Shown here one piece after another: positions 61,159 through 64,000 of a DNA stretch of 64,000 nt (positions are counted from its first letter, which is position 1; each line of letters starts with the position of its first letter). The notes under the pieces were generated by a model. It did not search any database. It was given only the letters and a program-made list of their open reading frames with translations, and was not told the DNA's origin. Location: NCBI RefSeq assembly GCF_011386835.1, contig NC_088792.1, forward strand, positions 37,014,001-37,078,000, read 5' to 3'. This DNA is from Chrysemys picta bellii (lineage: Eukaryota). A program made the translations under genes and the position numbers.

Positions 61159-61867
61159 AGTTACATTCTTGTTTTGAGCAATTCTTTAGCATTTAATATA
61201 AAACGACTCAGATCCCCCTCAGGATTAATGCCAACTTCACAGTGACTCACACACAGTGGCTAGCATTGCTTAATCAAATCACTGCAATGCTAAGAGGCTT
61301 ACCAAAGACTAATTAAGCAAGGGTGACTCATACAGTAGATTCTGTAAAAACATGAAGCCTGATTCTCCTTTTACATGCACTAAAGTAAATCTGGAGGGGC
61401 TCCACGGAGGTCAATGGAGTTACACAAATGTAAAACCAGTGGCAGTGAGAAATGAATCAGGCCCATAATGTACAGCTATATGCCCTGTAGAAAGTCTCAA
61501 GCCATCTGTGGTGCTCGACTAATGTAATATTTTTAATTTTAAACATATAAAAAGAACTATCACCGAGAAATGGTGGCCATCCAATTAGTTGAGATATCAA
61601 TGCATATAAGGACTGGGGTGCAGTTTTCTTTTTGCCAATGATGAGCAACAGATTGGATGTTACAGTGACAGTCAGAGCAAGTTTCTGGACATATCAGGTA
61701 TCTGAATTGCTTCCTAGAAAAATTGCCCTCCCCAAGGGAAAAAGAAAAAAAAAATGACAATCCATGTCTATGGAACCATAAACTACTAGAACCATTGTGA
61801 AGATAGCTGGGGAAGGCAGTGGGGAACTGGCAGTAGTATTTCAGTGCAGGTGTCATCAGTAGGCATG

Positions 61868-63265
61868 TTCATAGAATCACAGAACTGGAAGGTACCTCGA
61901 GAGGTCATCTAAGCCAGTCCCTGGCACTCAAGGCAGGACTAAGTATTATCTAGACCATCCCTGACAGGTGTTTCTGGAATCTCCATCACTGGGGATTTTT
62001 AAGAGCAGATTGGACAACCTCCCTAGGCAATTTATTCCAGTGCTTAACCACTCTGACAGTTAGGAAGTTTTTCCTAATGTCCAACCTAAACCGCCCTTGC
62101 TGCAATTTAAGCCCATTGCTTCTTGTCGTATCCTCAGAGGTTAAGAACAACAATTTTTCTCCCTCCTCCTTGTAACAACCTTTTATGTACACCTCTACTC
62201 CGATATAACGCAACCCGATATAACGCAAATTTGGATATAACGCAGTAAAGCAGTGCTCCGGGGGGCGGGGCTGCGCACTCCGGCGGATCAAAGCAAGTTC
62301 GATATAACGCGGTTTCATCGAGGACAGCGTTATATTGAGGTAGAGGTCTACTTGAAAACTGTTATGTCCCCTGTCAGTCTTCTCTTCTCCAGACTAAACA
62401 AACCCAATTTTTTCAATCTTCCCTCATAGGTCATATTTTTTAGACCTTTAATCATTTTTGTTGCTCTTCTCTGGACTTTCTCCAATTTGTCCACATCTTT
62501 CCTGAAATGTGGCGCCCAGAACTGGATACAATACTGCAGTTGAGGCCTAATCAGCGCAGAGTAGAGCGGAAGAATTATTTCTCATGTTTTGCTTACAATA
62601 CTCCTGCTAATACATCCCAGAACGTTGTATGCTTTTTTTTCAACAGCGTTACACTGTTGACTTATACTTAGCTTGTGATCCACTATGACCCCTAGAACCC
62701 TTTCCGCAGTACTCCTTCCTAGGCAGTCATTTCCCATTTTGTGTGTGTGACTGATTGTTCCTTCCTAAGTGGAGTACTTTGCATTTGTCCCTACTGAATT
62801 TCATCCTATTTACTTCAGACCATTTCTCCAGTTTGTCCAGATCATTTTGAATTTTAATCCTATCCTCCAAGGCCTTGCAACTCCTCCCAGTTTGGTATCG
62901 TCCGCAAACTTTACAAGTGTACTCTTTATGCCATTATCTAAATCATCGATGAAGATATTGAACAGAATCGGACCCAGAACCGATCTCTGAGTGCGTTATG
63001 CCCTTCCAGCATGACTGTGAACCACTGATAACTACTCTCTGGGAACAATTTTCCAACCAGTTATGCACCCACCTTATAGTAGCTCCATCTAGATTGTATT
63101 TTCCTTGTTTGTTTATGAGAAGGTCATGCGAGACAGTATCAAAAGCCTTACTAAAGTCAAGATATATCACATCGACTGCTTCACCCCATCCACAAGGCTT
63201 GTTACCCTGTCAAAGAAAGCTATCAGGTTGGTTTGACATGATTTGTTCTTGACAAATCCATGCTG
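61868..63265 (-). mobile_element. CR1 LINE, 5'-truncated (RT C-terminal half plus 3' UTR)
   Basis: IYLDFSKAFDTVSHDLLINK...RWVHNWL and LQQGRFRLDIRKNFLTVRVVKHWNKLPREVV. Terminal (ttctatga)-type repeat at 61868-61885. Confidence 0.92.
62190..62348. mobile_element. Tc1/mariner-type (Tigger-like) MITE, 159 bp, nested in CR1
   Basis: TA duplication (62188-62189, 62349-62350) with ~22-bp imperfect TIR cacctctactccgatataacgc / gcgttatattgaggtagaggtc. Confidence 0.8.
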
Positions 63266-63678
63266 AAGAAAGGTAAGCATATAGTAACTGAGATGACAGA
63301 GAAATATGTATAGAAATGACACTACATAGGTTTCTGATTGCAACCCCCCACTGCAAGTCGTTAATGTATTTAAAAGTTACCTAAATACTTAAGGCAGTAT
63401 ATAAGAATGGAGAATAGTCCTTTAAATAGCTTGTGAGCCCTCTAGCGGAGATCATTGTGTTCTAGGTTTTAGAAGTTTCCAGAGCCCAACCAGAACAGTG
63501 TGCCTATATAGCTAAGCCTTACATATTATGTATATTCAGTAAAAATGCTTATATTTGGAGCTATGTCCATGTGGTTCCTATAGTTTATATTTTTTGTGTA
63601 AAAGAGCAAAAGGAATAACATTTAATGTAGGAGAAAAGGTTAGACTTGCTTCACAAAGGAGTCCTGGAGCCTAGGAGG

Positions 63679-63680
<2 letters not shown>

Positions 63681-63732
<52 letters not shown>
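63681..63732. repeat. (GT)26 microsatellite
   Basis: Direct reading, 52 bp perfect. Confidence 0.95.
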
Positions 63733-63734
<2 letters not shown>

Positions 63735-64000
63735 TACGTACACACACAGGAACTGCCTAGTAACTTGTAAACTGCTTTTGGACATGTGCACACAAAAACA
63801 AGGAAACACCACCATTATCTAGCCAGACCCTTGGGACTCAGTAATGCTATGACACAGAGAAAGGACACCTATAATTGGCCAATAGGGCTGGTATTCTTCC
63901 TCAAACCCAGGACTTGTTAGAGAGCAAATATCTTCAATCCACGTTGGGCTTTTCTCTCCCATAAATGTAAATTAACGAAGTTCCATTTTACATTTGTTTG

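Overview
Vertebrate DNA, most likely from a turtle, judged from the repeat families (recognised from memory, not by database search). The window lies inside one minus-strand gene, KIAA1217 (sickle tail/SKT, paralogue of SRCIN1). Four coding exons splice in frame through GT-AG introns: 58016-57821, 35217-35019, 32125-32032 and 3001-2169 (probably exons 3-6 by analogy with human). The rest is intron rich in transposable elements. These include a near full-length Chapaev3 (CMC) DNA transposon with a decayed transposase and a ~98% identical internally deleted sister copy, a degenerate Gypsy element with nested DIRS-like and hAT insertions, two solo LTRs, CR1 LINE pieces, MIR-like SINEs and many hAT/Harbinger/Tc-mariner MITEs with readable target-site duplications (TSDs). 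The most interesting signal is three ~160-205 bp fold-back Penelope-like (PLE) elements. Each has a 13-15 bp TSD and a minimal hammerhead ribozyme. Two ribozymes are sense to the pre-mRNA and bracket two small exons, and the free arms of the elements are mutually complementary. Most ORFs in the supplied track are spurious.
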